In this document: positions 37,615 to 39,715 of the stretch, in pieces
Layout: the number at the start of each line of letters is the position of its first letter
How positions within the stretch are numbered: position 1 is the first letter of the stretch
NCBI GenBank assembly: GCA_964498235.1
Contig: CAZCHB010000001.1
Coordinates: forward strand, 1-39,715
Length of the DNA stretch: 39,715 nt
Source: an uncultured Planctomycetales bacterium
GTDB lineage: Bacteria > Omnitrophota > Gorgyraeia > Zapsychrales > Fredricksoniimonadaceae
Direction of reading: 5' to 3'
The notes under the pieces: model-generated
The model's database searches: none
What the model was told of the DNA's origin: nothing
Seen by the model: only the letters and a program-made list of their open reading frames with translations
Position numbers and translations under genes: made by a program

Positions 37615-37821
37615 ATGATATTCGAAGGTGATACAAAAGAGTTTGAGGGTTGTACAGTAGAAGAGGCTATTTGTAAGGCGGAAAAGTCTTTTGGTGCGTC
37701 ACGTGAAACCATGCAAATTAAGATTGTTTGTGAAGAGCAAAAAGGTCTATTTGGGATGAGGGGCGCAAAATTGGCCAAGATAAAGGTCAAATCCGTTCCA
37801 CGTGGAACTAAGAAGTCCTGA
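37615..37821 (+). CDS. Jag/KhpB N-terminal-domain-only protein (no KH or R3H domains)
   Basis: The 68-aa protein sits in the canonical jag position after yidC. EGCTVEEAICKAEKSFGASRETMQIKIVCEEQKGLFGMRGAKLAKIKV fits the Jag_N pattern. Confidence 0.6.
   Translation: MIFEGDTKEFEGCTVEEAICKAEKSFGASRETMQIKIVCEEQKGLFGMRGAKLAKIKVKSVPRGTKKS
37695..37710. promoter_or_regulatory. Degenerate parS-like site (13/16 match)
   Basis: TGCGTCACGTGAAACC compared with the consensus TGTTNCACGTGAAACA. Confidence 0.35.
37794..37809. promoter_or_regulatory. Near-canonical parS centromere site
   Basis: CGTTCCACGTGGAACT has a perfectly palindromic inner 14 bp (GTTCCACGTGGAAC) identical to the conserved parS core TGTTCCACGTGGAACA. 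It lies 67 nt upstream of the parA start. Confidence 0.8.
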
Positions 37822-37829
37822 ATTTTTAA

Positions 37830-37851
37830 ATTAATGTCCAGTCTGGACAAT
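37830..37851. repeat. Palindrome copy G (ATTAATGTCCAGTCTGGACAAT) between parS and the parA start
   Basis: The perfect core is at 37835-37849 (centre 37842), 34 nt upstream of the parA ATG. A weak half-site GTCCTG is centred 21 bp upstream at 37821. Confidence 0.9.
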
Positions 37852-37875
37852 AAATCCAAATAAATAGGCGTTTTT

Positions 37876-38685
37876 ATGGGAAAAACAATAGCTATATGTA
37901 ATCAAAAAGGTGGGACAGGAAAAACCACAACATCGGTTAATTTATCAGCTGCGCTTTCATTTGCTGATAAAAAAGTGTTATTGGTTGATATGGATCCTCA
38001 GGGAAATGCCAGCAGTGGCGTTGGGATTAACAAGAATGATATTCAGGTTTCTGTATACGACATATTAGTTCATAAATCCAAAATACAAGATGTTATCATT
38101 AAAACTAACTATAAAAATCTTGATGTTATTCCTTGTAACATTCAATTAACAGGCGCTGAAATTGAATTGGTTGGCGCCTTATCAAGAGAAACTAGGCTGA
38201 AGAAGGCCATTGAAAGTATTAAAGATCAGTATGATTTTATTTTTATTGATTCTCCGCCATCATTAGGGCTATTAACCCTTAATGCTTTAGTAGCTGCAGA
38301 TTCTATTCTGATTCCAATTCAATGCGAGTTTTATGCGCTTGAAGGAGTGTCACAACTCATTAATACTATTGAACTTATAAAAGATGGTCTAAATTCTTCT
38401 TTGGAGATTCAAGGTGTTTTGATGACCATGGCTGATTTTCGGACCAATTTAACTAATGAAGTTATTAATGAAATCAAAAATTACTTCAAAGATAAGGTAT
38501 ACAATACGGTTATTCCGCGCAATATCCGGCTTAGTGAAGCGCCTAGTTTTGGCAAGCCGATTAATTATTATGATCCAGCATCAGTTGGCTCAATCAAATA
38601 TAAAGAGCTTGCTCAAGAATTTTTAGGCATGCCTCAGGTTACAGCGCAAGCCATTCATCTAGGAGAAAATCAGAATGGACAATAA
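37876..38685 (+). CDS. parA: Chromosome partitioning ATPase ParA/Soj
   Basis: The 269-aa protein has a deviant Walker A (NQKGGTGKTTTSVNLSAAL) plus VLLVDMDPQGNAS and FIFIDSPPSLG. Confidence 0.93.
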   Translation: MGKTIAICNQKGGTGKTTTSVNLSAALSFADKKVLLVDMDPQGNASSGVGINKNDIQVSVYDILVHKSKIQDVIIKTNYKNLDVIPCNIQLTGAEIELVGALSRETRLKKAIESIKDQYDFIFIDSPPSLGLLTLNALVAADSILIPIQCEFYALEGVSQLINTIELIKDGLNSSLEIQGVLMTMADFRTNLTNEVINEIKNYFKDKVYNTVIPRNIRLSEAPSFGKPINYYDPASVGSIKYKELAQEFLGMPQVTAQAIHLGENQNGQ

Positions 38686-39574
38686 AGTTTTAGGCAAGGG
38701 GTTGTCAGCTTTAATACCGCAGCGCAAAACAGAGCAATATGTGTCTGTTTATTCAGAAGAAAAAAACAATGTCCATTCTGAAAGCAATAAAAAAGATGAA
38801 TTAATGTCCAGTCTGGACATTAATTTAATAAGAAACAACCGTTTTCAGCCGCGCAAAAATTATGATGAGTCTAAACTAGGCGAATTAAAAGCTTCAATTA
38901 AAGAAAAAGGCGTGCTTCAGCCTATTTTAGTACGTCCAGTTGGTAATGAATATGAAGTTGTAGCAGGGGAGCGCCGCTTAAGGGCCTCAAGAGAACTGAA
39001 CTTAAAAAAAGTGCCTGTTATTATTAAAAATATTACCGATCGCGAAGCTTTAGTTTTAGCATTGGTTGAAAATATCCAGCGGGAAGAATTAAACCCCATT
39101 GAAGAAGCCCAAGGGTTTAAGCGTTTGATCGAAGAATTTAATTTTACGCAGGAAACAGTGGCGGACTCAGTTGGCAAAGACCGCACAACCGTTACCAATT
39201 TTTTGCGATTGCTGAAACTGCCAAAAGAAATTCAAGATTTTGTTGCTTCGGATAAATTGTCGGTTGGACATGCGCGTACGTTGTTAAGTCTCGACGAGAA
39301 AATGCAAAAAAAGACAGCGGCGGATATTATAGCTAAAGGCTTGTCTGTCCGTCAGGTTGAGGCCATGGTTAAGAAAATTCTCGAAGGCCATCTAGCTGGC
39401 GCGCCTAAGAAAATCTCTTCTAAAGTGCGGGATATACAGATTCTCGAGGAGGAATTAAGCCGGACGCTGGGGACCAAGGTCTGTGTTGAAAATAAAAACA
39501 ATAAAGGCAGGGTTGTTATTGAATATTATTCATTAGACGACTTAGACCGTATTTTAGGAGTTATAAGAAAATGA
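38675..39574 (+). CDS. parB: Chromosome partitioning protein ParB/Spo0J
   Basis: The 299-aa protein contains LGKGLSALI, FQPRKNYDESKLGELKASIKEKGVLQPILVRP, GERRLRAS (CTP-binding box) and the HTH QETVADSVGKDRTTVTNFLRLL. Confidence 0.93.
   Translation: MDNKVLGKGLSALIPQRKTEQYVSVYSEEKNNVHSESNKKDELMSSLDINLIRNNRFQPRKNYDESKLGELKASIKEKGVLQPILVRPVGNEYEVVAGERRLRASRELNLKKVPVIIKNITDREALVLALVENIQREELNPIEEAQGFKRLIEEFNFTQETVADSVGKDRTTVTNFLRLLKLPKEIQDFVASDKLSVGHARTLLSLDEKMQKKTAADIIAKGLSVRQVEAMVKKILEGHLAGAPKKISSKVRDIQILEEELSRTLGTKVCVENKNNKGRVVIEYYSLDDLDRILGVIRK
38799..38825. repeat. Palindrome copy H2: a perfect 27-bp palindrome inside the parB coding sequence
   Basis: AATTAATGTCCAGTCTGGACATTAATT is the exact reverse complement of copy A at 7798-7824. 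It encodes ELMSSLDINL. A degenerate copy (AATGTCCATTCTGAAAG) is centred at 38777. Confidence 0.9.
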
Positions 39575-39715
39575 AAGAGCAGGTGTTGGTTTTAATCAAA
39601 CCCGACGGCATGCAAAAAGGATTAGCCGGTGAGATTTTGAATATTTTCCAAATGTCCGACTTAAAAATGGTCGGTTTAAAGTTAGTTCAAGTCAGCAAGC
39701 CTTTGGCACAAGCGC
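39571..39715 (+). CDS. ndk: Nucleoside diphosphate kinase, 5' part (runs off the right edge)
   Basis: My hand translation is MKEQVLVLIKPDGMQKGLAGEILNIFQMSDLKMVGLKLVQVSKPLAQA, which contains the Ndk N-terminal signature (LIKPDG...G.I). Its start overlaps the parB stop (ATGA). Confidence 0.8.
   Translation, partial: MKEQVLVLIKPDGMQKGLAGEILNIFQMSDLKMVGLKLVQVSKPLAQA

Overview
This is a chromosomal origin region from a diderm bacterium, about 40% GC by eye, joined to a large atypical Tad/Flp-type pilus locus and the 5' end of a giant gene.

**Origin core, right part (27.5-39.7 kb).** The minus strand carries dnaA-dnaN-DUF721-gyrB-gyrA. It diverges from rpmH-yidD-yidC-miniJag-parA-parB-ndk on the plus strand. 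Three perfect DnaA boxes flank dnaA, a near-canonical parS lies upstream of parA, and there is a tRNA-Glu(UUC).

**Housekeeping genes (23.8-27.4 kb).** These encode a parvulin-type PPIase lipoprotein, malate dehydrogenase, a nitrilase-family hydrolase and a GST.

**Tad-like operon, minus strand (7.9-23.8 kb).** It runs cpaB-like, a secretin with a fused TonB_C domain, a fused TadZ(ParA/MinD)-TadA(CpaF) ATPase, DUF192, and an unknown 469-aa HTH protein. Eleven consecutive genes follow whose products carry class-III (Flp/TadE-like) signal motifs. One is a 50-aa Flp ORF below the track cutoff, and two are Cys-rich proteins of 451 and 948 aa. The operon ends with tadB and tadC. No prepilin peptidase is visible.

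**Giant ORF (1-7546).** The ORF track shows nothing long here, but the minus strand is one uninterrupted ORF of at least 2515 codons that runs off the window edge.

**Most unusual signal.** A palindrome family (core TGTCCAGWCTGGACA, up to a 27-bp perfect palindrome) occurs six times exactly, plus degenerate copies in phased arrays. Copies lie in intergenic regions and inside the yidC and parB coding sequences. The motif is distinct from parS.
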